From: Candidatus Doudnabacteria bacterium
GTDB taxonomy: Bacteria; Patescibacteriota; Doudnabacteria; UBA920
Length of the DNA: 64,000 nt
Assembly: GCA_003151625.1 (NCBI GenBank)
Contig: PLYC01000007.1
Span: forward strand, 81,181 to 145,180
Direction of reading: 5' to 3'
Shown here piece after piece: positions 1-9,716 of the stretch. The stretch's first letter is position 1. Each line of letters begins with the position of its first letter. The notes beneath the pieces are model-generated. The model ran no database searches, had not been told where the DNA came from, and saw nothing but the letters and a program-made list of their open reading frames with translations. The translations under genes and the position numbers were made by a program.

Positions 1-43
1 GACTAATGAACACGAATGAGAGACAAATAAACACGAATTAAAA

Positions 44-1891
44 ATGTCAATTTTCAGTAAAATCACCCCGGAAGAACTGGAACAAAAGAAGCAGAATCTT
101 AAACAGGCTGAAACCGAACGCGGTTTGAGCTCCAGTTTAGGCGACTTGGAAAAAACTTATCGCGAAGGTTTAACCACGCTAAAAGATTTAATCGCGCCGG
201 CCGCGCTTAAGTTTGACAGCTCATATTTTGAGCTTAACGGCAAATTCGGCAGGAGCTTTTTTGTCCTGGCTTACCCGAGGTTTTTATCCAGCAATTGGCT
301 GTCTTTTATTATCCAGGCCGAGGGCGCGCTGGATTTGTCCATGTTTATTTATCCAATAGATTCGGCGGAGATTTTAAAAAAACTCAAAAGTAAAGTCGGC
401 GAACTTGGCTCGCAAATGGCCATTAACACGGAAAAGGGCATGGTGCGCGATCCAATGCTGGAAACTGCTTACAAGGACGTGGAAGGTCTGCGGGACAGTT
501 TAATGCAGGGTACGGAAAAATATTTCCGGTTTGCTTTGTATTTTACAATTTACGCCACGGACTTAAAAGAGCTGGATAAATTTTCCAGCACCCTGGAAAG
601 CTCCCTGGGTTCCAAGTTAATTGTAACCAAGCGCGCGCTAATGCAAACCCAGAATGGGCTGAATTCCACTTTGCCTTTGGGTATGGACGAGCTGGATGTG
701 GCCAATAATATGAATACCAGCCCGCTGTCCTCCTGTTTCCCGTTTGTATCTTCGGACTTAACCAGCAACGACGGAATTTTGTACGGCATTAACCGCCACA
801 ACAACAGCCTTATTTTGTTTGACCGTTTTGCCATGGAAAACGCCAATTCCGTGGTTTTTGCCAAATCCGGCGCCGGGAAATCGTATGCCGTAAAATTGGA
901 AGTTTTGCGCAGTTTAATGGTAGGCACGGACGTCATAATTGTGGATCCGGAAAATGAATACCAGCATTTGGCCTCGGCCGTGGGCGGTACCTATTTGAGC
1001 GTGTCCTTAAATTCAGCCTCGCGCATTAACCCGTTCGATTTGCCCGTGGCCATAGAGGGAGAAAGCAATGCCGATGTTTTACGCACCGCCGTTATTAACT
1101 TGCTAGGTCTGTTTAGTCTTATGATAGGCAAGTTAAATCCCACGGAAGAAGCCTTAATGGATAAGGCTCTTTGGCAGACTTTTGCCAAAAAAGACATCAC
1201 TCCCGATTTGGCGGATTTTCGCGGAATGGAATATCCGACTATGAACGACTTGGTAGAAATTTTGAACAACATGGTCGGGGCGGAAAATTTGGGACAGCGC
1301 CTGACCAAATATACCGAAGGCACTTTTGGCGGCCTGCTTAACCAGCAGACCAATGTGGTGTTAAATAATCAGTTGGTGGTGTTTTCCATCCGCGATTTGG
1401 AAGAGGAACTCCGGCCAATAGCTATGTATATTATTTTAAATTATATTTGGAATATTGTGCGCAGTGAACTCAAAAAACGCATTTTGGCGGTTGACGAAGC
1501 CTGGATTTTAATGCAGCACGAAGATTCGGCAAGGTTTTTGTTCGGCATTGCCAAACGCGCGCGCAAATATTATTTGGGTCTGACTACTATTACCCAGGAC
1601 GTGGCCGATTTTTTGGCCAGCCCTTACGGCAAACCCATTGTTACCAACTCCTCCATTCAAATGCTGCTTAAACAGAGCCCTGCGGCTATTAATGTTATTG
1701 CCGAAACTTTCTTTTTAACCGAAGGTGAAAAGTATTTGCTGCTTGAAAGCGAAGTCGGCGAAGGGATATTTTTCGCGGGTCTGAAGCATGCGGCCATTAA
1801 AATTTACGCCTCTTACGTGGAAGACCAAATTATTACCACCGACCCCAAACAGCTTTTACAAATTCAGGACAGCCAGGATAAGCTAAATTAA
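44..1891 (+). CDS. VirB4/TraC-like (DUF87) secretion/conjugation ATPase
   Basis: Walker A AKSGAGKS, IIVDPENEY, INPFD, Walker B LAVDEAW, AKRARKY and ITQ motifs typical of VirB4/TraC; such ATPases are common in CPR genomes. Confidence 0.85.
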   Translation: MSIFSKITPEELEQKKQNLKQAETERGLSSSLGDLEKTYREGLTTLKDLIAPAALKFDSSYFELNGKFGRSFFVLAYPRFLSSNWLSFIIQAEGALDLSMFIYPIDSAEILKKLKSKVGELGSQMAINTEKGMVRDPMLETAYKDVEGLRDSLMQGTEKYFRFALYFTIYATDLKELDKFSSTLESSLGSKLIVTKRALMQTQNGLNSTLPLGMDELDVANNMNTSPLSSCFPFVSSDLTSNDGILYGINRHNNSLILFDRFAMENANSVVFAKSGAGKSYAVKLEVLRSLMVGTDVIIVDPENEYQHLASAVGGTYLSVSLNSASRINPFDLPVAIEGESNADVLRTAVINLLGLFSLMIGKLNPTEEALMDKALWQTFAKKDITPDLADFRGMEYPTMNDLVEILNNMVGAENLGQRLTKYTEGTFGGLLNQQTNVVLNNQLVVFSIRDLEEELRPIAMYIILNYIWNIVRSELKKRILAVDEAWILMQHEDSARFLFGIAKRARKYYLGLTTITQDVADFLASPYGKPIVTNSSIQMLLKQSPAAINVIAETFFLTEGEKYLLLESEVGEGIFFAGLKHAAIKIYASYVEDQIITTDPKQLLQIQDSQDKLN

Positions 1892-1982
1892 TTTTCAATT
1901 AACAATTTTCAATTTTCAATCAAACCGCGAAATATCGCGGAGCAATTGAAAATTGCTAAATGAAAATTGAAAATTTTTTATT

Positions 1983-4900
1983 ATGGCAACCCTTACTCCA
2001 ACTCAAAATTCTGCCGATGTTGAAAACCAAAAAGCCGGCGGGCGGGCCGGCGGACAAAATAGCGGCGGCAAGCAGTCTGGAACCTGGTCTATTCCCGGTT
2101 ATTTTTTTCTGGGTAGTAGGAGAATTGCAATAACCGAAATCAGGGTTAATAATGTTTCTATTCATCCTAATAATACTGGAGGGATCCGTCTTAAACACAA
2201 CGATAGAGTAACGTTTATAGGCTCCGGTTTGGAAATTTATAATGAGGCTGGGTTTTTAGGGGAAGGTTCAGGCGCAAGCTTAAAAAATATTTTAATCGCC
2301 CCGGAATCCGGTGGTTCAAAGCTTAGTTTTACGGTCCCGGATTTTGACAATAGCATAAAGGACGGCGGATATTTTTGGTTAAAATTATTTAGTAAAGTCT
2401 CCCGGGCGCAAAAGGTAATTGCGCCTTATTTGGTTTATGGGGTCGAGGAGACAGAAGAACAGAAGAAGCAGAAAAAGATATCAGAAGAAGAGGATAAAAT
2501 TAAAGGCCTAAAAACTGTCTTAACGCCCGGCCCAACGTCTCTGGTAATGGGTGCGATGGGTGGAGTTATCGGAGTGATAGCCAAGGCTACAGCCGGGATT
2601 GGCGGCAAGTCCGAAGCGGACAAAACAACTCCGGGCGGGAGGACAACGGTTCCCGGTGGAAAAGAAGTTGGATTAGGCGGAAAGTCTGGACAATCGGATG
2701 GTAAATCTGCGGGTGGGGCTGGAGCGGTGCCATCACCGGTTTTGGCTGGTCAGGCAGATGACGATTCCGACATGGACGAAGGTGATTTTGAACCTGCCGG
2801 GGAACTGGAAAAACCGGTAGAGACGTTTACGGAAACTTCTCAGCAAAGCGGGGAAACGGTGGCTGATTTTTTGCGCGAAAATTCGCAAATTACAGTGGGC
2901 CCCAAAGTGTTAGCGGCTCTGCAAAGCGGCAAACTGGAAAATTTAACGGAAAGTGAAAAAGTCAGCTTGGAGTCCGTAATTAAATCTGTTGCCTCGGGTC
3001 AGGGCGGCACTCCTTTGGAAGTTATGGCCGCGGCACAACGGGTTATTGAGTCGGTTGCCAGTCAGACAGTTACCAGTCAGGCAGAAAATCAGCCGGAAGT
3101 TAAAGCTGTTGATCAAGCACTTGGTGAAGCAGTAAAACAACCTTTAGTTCAAAGCGAAGTCAAAACATCCGCGGATTCCGGTCAAACCGCGAGCCAAAGC
3201 GCCAAGATTGTAGCAAAATTTTTACGGGAAAATCCCCAAATTAAAGTTGATGCTAAAGTTCTAGCGGCATTGCAAAGTGGCGATTTAAGCAAGTTAACAG
3301 CCCAGGAAGTATCAAGTCTAAAAAGTATAATGAGCGTAATGGCTCAAGGCCAAGGCGAAGCGACAGCTGAAGTAATGGCCGCGGTGCAAATGGTTGCGCG
3401 GGTTGTTACAGGCACAATTTCGGCTACAGTTACCGGAATGGGAGCAGTAAGCGGCACTGTCAGCTCAAAGGCCGTTAGTACGTCGGAAGTTAGCGCTGAT
3501 ATTTCTTCACAAACTTCCGGTGCTGTAAGCGGTACGGCTAAAGTTAGAGGTGGCGCGACATCGCAAATTTCCGGCACAGTAGAAAAAACTGTATCCTCTG
3601 AAGCAGGAGTTAAAACTGGAGGTTCGGTTAAGGTTGAAGGTGGGGCTAAAATTTCCGGACAACAGCAAGCCTCGGCAGGCGGCCGAGTGTCATCTGAGGC
3701 TGAAATAAACGCTAAATCGGAAACAGAAGTTGCCGCTCAAGGTTCGGCTAAGGCTGAAGCCACATCGGAATCCTCGGTTTCTTCCAAGTCCGAAGAGAGT
3801 TCAAAAGTTGGGGCTACAACCAATGCTGAGAAAAAAGTTTCGGGAAGCGAAGGAGGTGAAGTAGGAAAAATTGCCGTTTCCGGAGAATTGGGAACCGAAC
3901 CTAACCAAGTTAGTCCGCAAGGACTCACAGCAGATGGTAAATTGACTGCAGACATCGACACGAATTTAAAATCCACTCTAAAACCGGAAACCGGCGAGGG
4001 TTCAGAGAATTTGGAGGAACCACAGCCGTCTTTGGGAAAAGGCGCGGTTGATGGCATAAGTGTTGAAAAGGAGACTGCAGGCCAGCCTGAGGAAGAAGCC
4101 GCGTCAGAAATAAAAACAACAGCAGTTTCAAAACAAACTCCGGCCGCGACTAAGCCACGGGCTAAATCGGAAGCTGAAATAAAACAGCCGCAGACCGGCG
4201 GGGGAGCTTCGGACATTGCGAAGCGTCTAAAGGAAAGAGGCTTGGAATTAGAATTGACTTTGCGCGGAAAACTTGCCGGGCCGTCTTTAAATGTTTCTGA
4301 TCAAAAGCAAAAACCTGCCGCAGGACAGAAAGGGGAAGGCGCCCCAAGTCAGCAACAGCCGATTCTTTCGAAAACCGGGACATCAAAGGAACGCGGAATG
4401 TCCGCACCATTGGGTGATTTGCCAGGGTCAAATAGGCAAGATGGCCAAGAATCAGCAGGCCGCGCAATTGATTCCGCAAATCGGCCGAAGGAACCGTCGG
4501 CGGGTGATGGGAAAAAATCTCAGGCCGAGGCACAAGATCAGGCGCCTGATGCATCATCGAGCAATGGTGGCGGTGGTTTACCGGGGTCGCCACCCGAAAA
4601 GGGAGAGACGCGAGACTTAGAACCATCAAGCGGATCGGCTTTGCCACCTTCGGAGAGCAATCGCGATCAGGGTAATGTTTTTAAAGATCCAAGAGGTGCC
4701 GGTGATATGTTTGGTGAAGCTTTGAAAGGTGACGTTAGTCCAAACCCCGCTGCTTACCCTACCGCAAGAAGACAGATAGATTTGGCAGGCAAAGGCATTG
4801 GCAAGGCTTCCAGCAAAATTTGGTATTACGGTTTTGGTTCGGCTACGGCAACTTTTTTTACAGGCGCGGATTTTATGCTCGGCGCCGTGGTTATGGATGC

Positions 4901-5198
4901 TTATTGGCTGTTTGGACACAAAAAAAATCCCGAACTGTTTCCCTTAAAAGGATGGCAGAAGGCTGTTACCGTTGCCGCCAATGTTATTCCGCCAATCTTG
5001 ATTATGCTGATTTTTGCTTTAATAATGGCCGTGGGGTGCAACTATCCTTTACCGATTAAAACATCAGCCGGTAATAGTTACCGCCTTACAGTTATTGGAG
5101 CGTTTATTGGCGATGACTGTAAATATTTTGATGTTTCAAATATAACAGCATCAAACACCACTCCCGCCTCAACCCAATCAGGCTCACAAAAACCCTAG
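1983..5198 (+). CDS. Large low-complexity (S/G/A/E/K-rich) protein with a duplicated ~62-aa module and C-terminal TM segments
   Basis: 1071-aa ORF; repeats VADFLRENSQI..MAAAQRV and VAKFLRENPQI..MAAVQMV; hydrophobic C-terminal helices. Confidence 0.75.
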   Translation: MATLTPTQNSADVENQKAGGRAGGQNSGGKQSGTWSIPGYFFLGSRRIAITEIRVNNVSIHPNNTGGIRLKHNDRVTFIGSGLEIYNEAGFLGEGSGASLKNILIAPESGGSKLSFTVPDFDNSIKDGGYFWLKLFSKVSRAQKVIAPYLVYGVEETEEQKKQKKISEEEDKIKGLKTVLTPGPTSLVMGAMGGVIGVIAKATAGIGGKSEADKTTPGGRTTVPGGKEVGLGGKSGQSDGKSAGGAGAVPSPVLAGQADDDSDMDEGDFEPAGELEKPVETFTETSQQSGETVADFLRENSQITVGPKVLAALQSGKLENLTESEKVSLESVIKSVASGQGGTPLEVMAAAQRVIESVASQTVTSQAENQPEVKAVDQALGEAVKQPLVQSEVKTSADSGQTASQSAKIVAKFLRENPQIKVDAKVLAALQSGDLSKLTAQEVSSLKSIMSVMAQGQGEATAEVMAAVQMVARVVTGTISATVTGMGAVSGTVSSKAVSTSEVSADISSQTSGAVSGTAKVRGGATSQISGTVEKTVSSEAGVKTGGSVKVEGGAKISGQQQASAGGRVSSEAEINAKSETEVAAQGSAKAEATSESSVSSKSEESSKVGATTNAEKKVSGSEGGEVGKIAVSGELGTEPNQVSPQGLTADGKLTADIDTNLKSTLKPETGEGSENLEEPQPSLGKGAVDGISVEKETAGQPEEEAASEIKTTAVSKQTPAATKPRAKSEAEIKQPQTGGGASDIAKRLKERGLELELTLRGKLAGPSLNVSDQKQKPAAGQKGEGAPSQQQPILSKTGTSKERGMSAPLGDLPGSNRQDGQESAGRAIDSANRPKEPSAGDGKKSQAEAQDQAPDASSSNGGGGLPGSPPEKGETRDLEPSSGSALPPSESNRDQGNVFKDPRGAGDMFGEALKGDVSPNPAAYPTARRQIDLAGKGIGKASSKIWYYGFGSATATFFTGADFMLGAVVMDAYWLFGHKKNPELFPLKGWQKAVTVAANVIPPILIMLIFALIMAVGCNYPLPIKTSAGNSYRLTVIGAFIGDDCKYFDVSNITASNTTPASTQSGSQKP

Positions 5199-5325
5199 CG
5201 TTCTTATTACAAGCCTAGAGCCATAATATTGCAGGATATCAGCGTATTTTGCTTTAACCGACAAACTGCCGGCTGGCACAAGTTGCTCCCAGCCTTGACA
5301 GGTTTTTTAAAATTTTATAAACTAT

Positions 5326-5350
5326 AGTTGAACTGTTCAATCGTTCAACT
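5326..5350. promoter_or_regulatory. Palindromic operator candidate upstream of the TA operon
   Basis: AGTTGAAC-N9-GTTCAACT just downstream of a TTGACA...TATAAC-like promoter. Confidence 0.5.
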
Positions 5351-5377
5351 TATCAATTAATCAAAAAGTTTAAATTT

Positions 5378-5665
5378 ATGGTTATTGTTACCGTAAAAAA
5401 TAAATATCAGGTTGTTATTCCACAGAGTTTGCGCAGGCAGGTCGGGGTTAACGTTGGCGATTTAATGGATGCCCAGGTGAAGAAAGGTAAAATAATTTTT
5501 GCCCCAAAAACATTACTGGACCGAGATTTGCTAGATAGTGTGGCCGAAAGTATGGCTGAGTATAAAGCGGGTAAGTTTTATGGTCCATTTGATAACCATA
5601 AAGATTTTATCGCGTCCCTTCATAGGGAAGCAAAAAAACTAAAAAAAGCTCGCAAACAAAAATAG
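5378..5665 (+). CDS. AbrB/MazE/SpoVT-family antitoxin
   Basis: VTVKNKYQVVIPQSLRRQVGV..GD swapped-hairpin signature; directly upstream of a toxin-like ORF. Confidence 0.85.
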   Translation: MVIVTVKNKYQVVIPQSLRRQVGVNVGDLMDAQVKKGKIIFAPKTLLDRDLLDSVAESMAEYKAGKFYGPFDNHKDFIASLHREAKKLKKARKQK

Positions 5666-5667
5666 CC

Positions 5668-5913
5668 ATGAGGCTGGTTTTTACCCCAAAATTTATTAAA
5701 AAGTATGTACAAGCGCCTTCGGAAATTCAACGGGCTTTTGATAAACAAAGCAAATTTTTATTATTCAATATTCGCTACCCTTCTCTTTACGCCAAGAAAT
5801 ATGATGAGAGCGGGGACTTATGGCAGGCGCGGGTTAATCTTGATTGGCGGTTTTATTTTACTATTGAGGGCGATGAGTATCGTCTGCATGATATAAAGGT
5901 TCATTCCAAATGA
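5668..5913 (+). CDS. RelE/ParE-like type II toxin
   Basis: 81 aa; FTPKFIKKY, YPSL, WQARVNLDWRFYF pattern. Confidence 0.75.
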   Translation: MRLVFTPKFIKKYVQAPSEIQRAFDKQSKFLLFNIRYPSLYAKKYDESGDLWQARVNLDWRFYFTIEGDEYRLHDIKVHSK

Positions 5914-5924
5914 TTATATTAGAG

Positions 5925-5986
5925 CGTAGCACGCCAATTTATCGGTTGGGTTATATAAAAAACAGCCCATAAATGGGCACGCTACA
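5925..5986. repeat. GTAG-type REP doublet
   Basis: gtagcacgccaatttatcgg...cccataaatgggcacgctaca inverted pair; related gtagttgacccatttatgggc at ~8756. Confidence 0.55.
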
Positions 5987-6086
5987 TTTAGAATGTTATT
6001 AAGTTCCACCTGCCAATTTTGCGGATTGACAAAAATATGCTACAATAATATCAAATTTAGACAATTATTTTCGTAACAAAAATAAA

Positions 6087-7253
6087 ATGAACAAAAAAGC
6101 TATTGCCATTTTGGGGGCCATTTTCCTGTTGATTGTGGGAACTTTGGGATTTTTAATATATTCCAAGTATTCGGGCAGTAAAACTCCAGCCCCGGCTCCA
6201 GCCGCTGTAAATAACAACGCAACATCCACCGATACCAGCCAGCCAACACCAACAAACACAGCTTCCAGCACGCCACAAACCCAAAACAATTCGTCGAATA
6301 TTGTACAACTCACTTCGGATCAAGTTGTCTCGCCGGCATTATTTTTTAACGGCACGGGCATAAGTTATTTCGACCACCAGGGGAATTTGTACCAGGCTAC
6401 TTTACAAAATAATAACGGCCAGTTGCAGTTAACATCAAAAAAACAGCTTGATATACCTTTGAAGCCGGGTATGACTAAAATTTTATGGCCGTCCAAAGGT
6501 AACGACTTTATTGCTCAGTTTACGGATGCCAGCGGCAAAAATACCTGGAGCTACTTTAACAGCAATTCCGGCAGTTATACCAATTTGCCCAGCCAGGTGG
6601 AATCTGTTGACTGGATGCCCACAGGGGACAAAGTTATGTATGTATGGTTGGATAACAACAAGGCCGCTTTAAGCCTGGGAAATCCCGACACCAGTAAACA
6701 TCAAACCCTTGGCGCGATGTGGGAAATCGACGACCAGATACATGTGTCGCCAAACGGTTCGCAAGTGTTATATTTTGAAACCCAAAACACCTCGGCCAAC
6801 AATTTTATTAATTCCGTAAGTTCGGACGGCAAAACGTGGAAAGGGCTGGTAAAAAACGGCCAGAATTTTGGCAGTTTGTGGAGTCCGGACGGGCAAAAGT
6901 TTTTGTTTGGTAAAAAGGATCCCAGCACGCAGAATTATCAGCTTTGGGTCTATAACCTAAATTCCGGGGAAATTAAAAATTTGGGGTTGTTTACAACCGT
7001 GGATAAGGCGGTCTGGGATAAAGACAGTAATGTGATTTATGCCGCGGTGCCGACTTCCGGAATTATTGGTGACAACAGTCTGACTGTTGACAGTTTTTAC
7101 AAAATGGACACTTCCACTTTGGACAAAAAACAATATACTTCCTCGGGCGCTTCCATAGACGGCAGGGATTTATTCTTAAACTCCACGTCGGATAAATTAT
7201 TTTTCAGGAACGCACAGGACGGGGGATTATATTATTTAGACCTCACACAATAG
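6087..7253 (+). CDS. Membrane-anchored TolB-like beta-propeller protein
   Basis: N-terminal TM, P/T-rich linker, repeated WSPDG/SPNG/WMPTG motifs. Confidence 0.75.
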   Translation: MNKKAIAILGAIFLLIVGTLGFLIYSKYSGSKTPAPAPAAVNNNATSTDTSQPTPTNTASSTPQTQNNSSNIVQLTSDQVVSPALFFNGTGISYFDHQGNLYQATLQNNNGQLQLTSKKQLDIPLKPGMTKILWPSKGNDFIAQFTDASGKNTWSYFNSNSGSYTNLPSQVESVDWMPTGDKVMYVWLDNNKAALSLGNPDTSKHQTLGAMWEIDDQIHVSPNGSQVLYFETQNTSANNFINSVSSDGKTWKGLVKNGQNFGSLWSPDGQKFLFGKKDPSTQNYQLWVYNLNSGEIKNLGLFTTVDKAVWDKDSNVIYAAVPTSGIIGDNSLTVDSFYKMDTSTLDKKQYTSSGASIDGRDLFLNSTSDKLFFRNAQDGGLYYLDLTQ

Positions 7254-7435
7254 AACCAGTTTGTTTAAATTATAGTTTAGTTTTTTGAATAAGTCTGTAA
7301 ATTTCTAATTATTTTAATTTCTAATTGACCTAAACAAACCCCAATAACTAATGCAATTAGAAATTGGGTATTGGGATTTGTTTAGAAATTAGGTAAATTA
7401 GAATAATTAGAAATTTTTGTTATAGTATAAAATTT

Positions 7436-8758
7436 ATGCCCAAGACTCTAACAATTTTCGTTTGTTCTAATTGCCAATACAAAACTCCGCGCTGGCAGGG
7501 GAAGTGTCAGAATTGCGGGCAGTGGAATACTTTGGAAGAACAGAGGCAAATTTCCAATACCAAATTTCAAATGTCAAATGCGATGGCGCCGGTTGATTTA
7601 GCGTCGCTTGATGTGGATCAGAAGCCCCGGATAAAAACGGGTATTGGGGAATTTGACCAAGTGACCGGCGGCGGTATTGTTCCGGGAAGCCTGATTTTGC
7701 TCGGTGGTGATCCGGGCATTGGCAAATCCACTCTGGCCCTCCAGCTGGCAATGAAAATTGATGCGGAAGTTTTATATGTTTCAGGGGAAGAGTCGGTAAA
7801 CCAAATTAAACTCAGGGCACACCGTATAAATAAAGACCATCGGCTCAACGTTCTTGCCGAGATTTCGCTGGAAACAGTTTTGGCCAGCATCGCCGATCAG
7901 CATCCGGAACTGGTTATTGTCGACTCCATTCAGACAATGTACAGCGAGGAGGTCTCCGGCGTGGCCGGCGGAGTCTCCCAGGTTACCAATGCCGTTCAAC
8001 AAATAATGCGCCTGGCCAAGCAAAACCATATTTCTTTTATTGTTATTGGCCATGTTACCAAAGAAGGCTACTTGGCGGGTCCAAAAACCCTGGAGCATAT
8101 GGTGGATACGGTTTTATATTTGGAAGGGGAGAGGTTTGCCGCTTTTAGGATACTGCGTTGCGTAAAAAATCGTTTTGGCACGACTAATGAAGTCGGCGTG
8201 TTTGAAATGGCCGGAGTTGGGCTGGTGGAAGTTAAAAACCCGTCACAGTTATTTTTGGGCGAAGACAGCATAAAAGCCTCCGGAAACATAATTACTTCCA
8301 TTGTGGAGGGCAATCGCGCGTTGCTTTTGGAAATTCAGGCGCTGACATCGGTCACCAATTTTGGCTACCCAAAGCGCACTACGGCCGGGTTTGATTCCAA
8401 CCGCCTCCAATTGCTCACTGCCATATTAGGCAAGCGCGCGGGGCTGAATTTGAGCAATCAGGACATTTATATCAACGTAGTCGGCGGCCTAAAAATAGAC
8501 GAACCCGCGGCCGACTTAGCCGTAGCCTTAGCCATAGTTTCCAGTTTAAAAGATGTGATAATTCAGGACACCGTCGCGGTAGGCGAGCTCGGCCTCTCCG
8601 GCGAACTCCGTTTTGTGCCGAATTTGGAAAAACGGATTATTGAGGCGGAAAAATTAGGATTCAAAAAAATAATTTGTCCAAAAACAAAAATAACAGGAAA
8701 AAATAAAATTGAGGTCATTCAGGTTAAGACTTTGACGGAAGCTATAAGTAAACTGTAG
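7436..8758 (+). CDS. radA: DNA repair protein RadA/Sms
   Basis: C4 zinc finger, GGDPGIGKSTL, KNRFG motif, Lon-like C-terminal domain. Confidence 0.97.
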   Translation: MPKTLTIFVCSNCQYKTPRWQGKCQNCGQWNTLEEQRQISNTKFQMSNAMAPVDLASLDVDQKPRIKTGIGEFDQVTGGGIVPGSLILLGGDPGIGKSTLALQLAMKIDAEVLYVSGEESVNQIKLRAHRINKDHRLNVLAEISLETVLASIADQHPELVIVDSIQTMYSEEVSGVAGGVSQVTNAVQQIMRLAKQNHISFIVIGHVTKEGYLAGPKTLEHMVDTVLYLEGERFAAFRILRCVKNRFGTTNEVGVFEMAGVGLVEVKNPSQLFLGEDSIKASGNIITSIVEGNRALLLEIQALTSVTNFGYPKRTTAGFDSNRLQLLTAILGKRAGLNLSNQDIYINVVGGLKIDEPAADLAVALAIVSSLKDVIIQDTVAVGELGLSGELRFVPNLEKRIIEAEKLGFKKIICPKTKITGKNKIEVIQVKTLTEAISKL

Positions 8759-8824
8759 TTGACCCATTTATGGGCTGTCCGATATATTTATTAGATTTTC
8801 CAGGAGATTGTTTCGGGATGTCCT

Positions 8825-8868
8825 TGCAGTTTCCCCTCCCTTTACGGGAGGGGCTAGGGGAGGGTGAT
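8825..8868. repeat. Family A palindromic repeat (TTCCCCTCCC..GGGAGGGGcTAGGGGAGGGTG)
   Basis: Near-identical copies at 56813 and 57463; diverged copies inside CDSs. Confidence 0.85.
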
Positions 8869-9060
8869 GAGTTTGCGATACCATATATAAATACAAGGAC
8901 CGAACGCAGCTCCACCACGTTCGGCCCTGTCAGGTTTCGGGAGCCCCTCGGTTCCCAAAACAAGCCTTTAAAAGCAAATTAGTTCACCCTGGAGCTATCT
9001 GTTAGCCGCACGGAGCTGGCGGCTATGGATGCACTAATTGGCTTTATGGGCTGTTGTGGT

Positions 9061-9603
9061 TTACTTACCCAGAAGTATCCAGCTGAACACAGATGGAGCC
9101 GATGGCATACCGCTCCGCACATTTGCCATTACATCTGGTTGATTCCGTAATACAGTTCGCCTTCTTCGTGGCGTTCTTTTGATTCCGAGGCCGTTTTCAA
9201 ACACTTTGGAGGTAGCAGCCGGAACATCTTCCGTTGGCGGTTCCGGTTCTACCCCTGATGCTTCGGCGGCTTTTACAATGTTGTCGCATCTTATACAATA
9301 CTGTGCCCAAGGTGCGGCATCCAGCCGTTTGAGTTGCAGGTCTTCCTTGCAGTGTGAGCATATGCCGTAGCTACCGTCGGCAATACGAGCCAACGCAGCT
9401 TTGACTTCCTGAAGAAGGACGCTGTCTCGTTTGAGGTTGAGGATGGCGAGTTCGCGTTCGCCAGCCAGTTGGACTTCATCGAGGGCATCGGGAACGCTTT
9501 GAATTGCGATCCCTGCCCTATTCCGGGGAGCCAACGAAAAGGATAACACTATCGCTTTGGCTTCCAGCATTGATTTGTATTTGTTGACTTCGGTTTGCGT
9601 CAT
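9061..9603 (-). CDS. TraR/DksA-family C4 zinc-finger protein
   Basis: DALD coiled-coil tip, GSYGICSHC..RLDAAPWAQYCIRC. Confidence 0.85.
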   Translation of the reverse strand: MTQTEVNKYKSMLEAKAIVLSFSLAPRNRAGIAIQSVPDALDEVQLAGERELAILNLKRDSVLLQEVKAALARIADGSYGICSHCKEDLQLKRLDAAPWAQYCIRCDNIVKAAEASGVEPEPPTEDVPAATSKVFENGLGIKRTPRRRRTVLRNQPDVMANVRSGMPSAPSVFSWILLGK

Positions 9604-9716
9604 TTTTTTTCCGATCGGATTTCAACGAAGAGACGCCTGGTTCTAAACCACGCATCCTCCGTCAATTTAGAAAATTATGACATTTTTTATAATATGGTTT
9701 TTGGAATATCCAAAGT

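Noticed and set aside
44-5913. Conjugative element or prophage
   Set aside because: No integrase, relaxase, att sites or phage structural genes; the flanking content is housekeeping.
8742-8982. ORFs 8742-8963 and 8770-8982 (also 56521-56967, 19771-20010, 60673-60912)
   Set aside because: They are translations of palindromic repeats (e.g. PSPSPSRKGRG), not independent genes.
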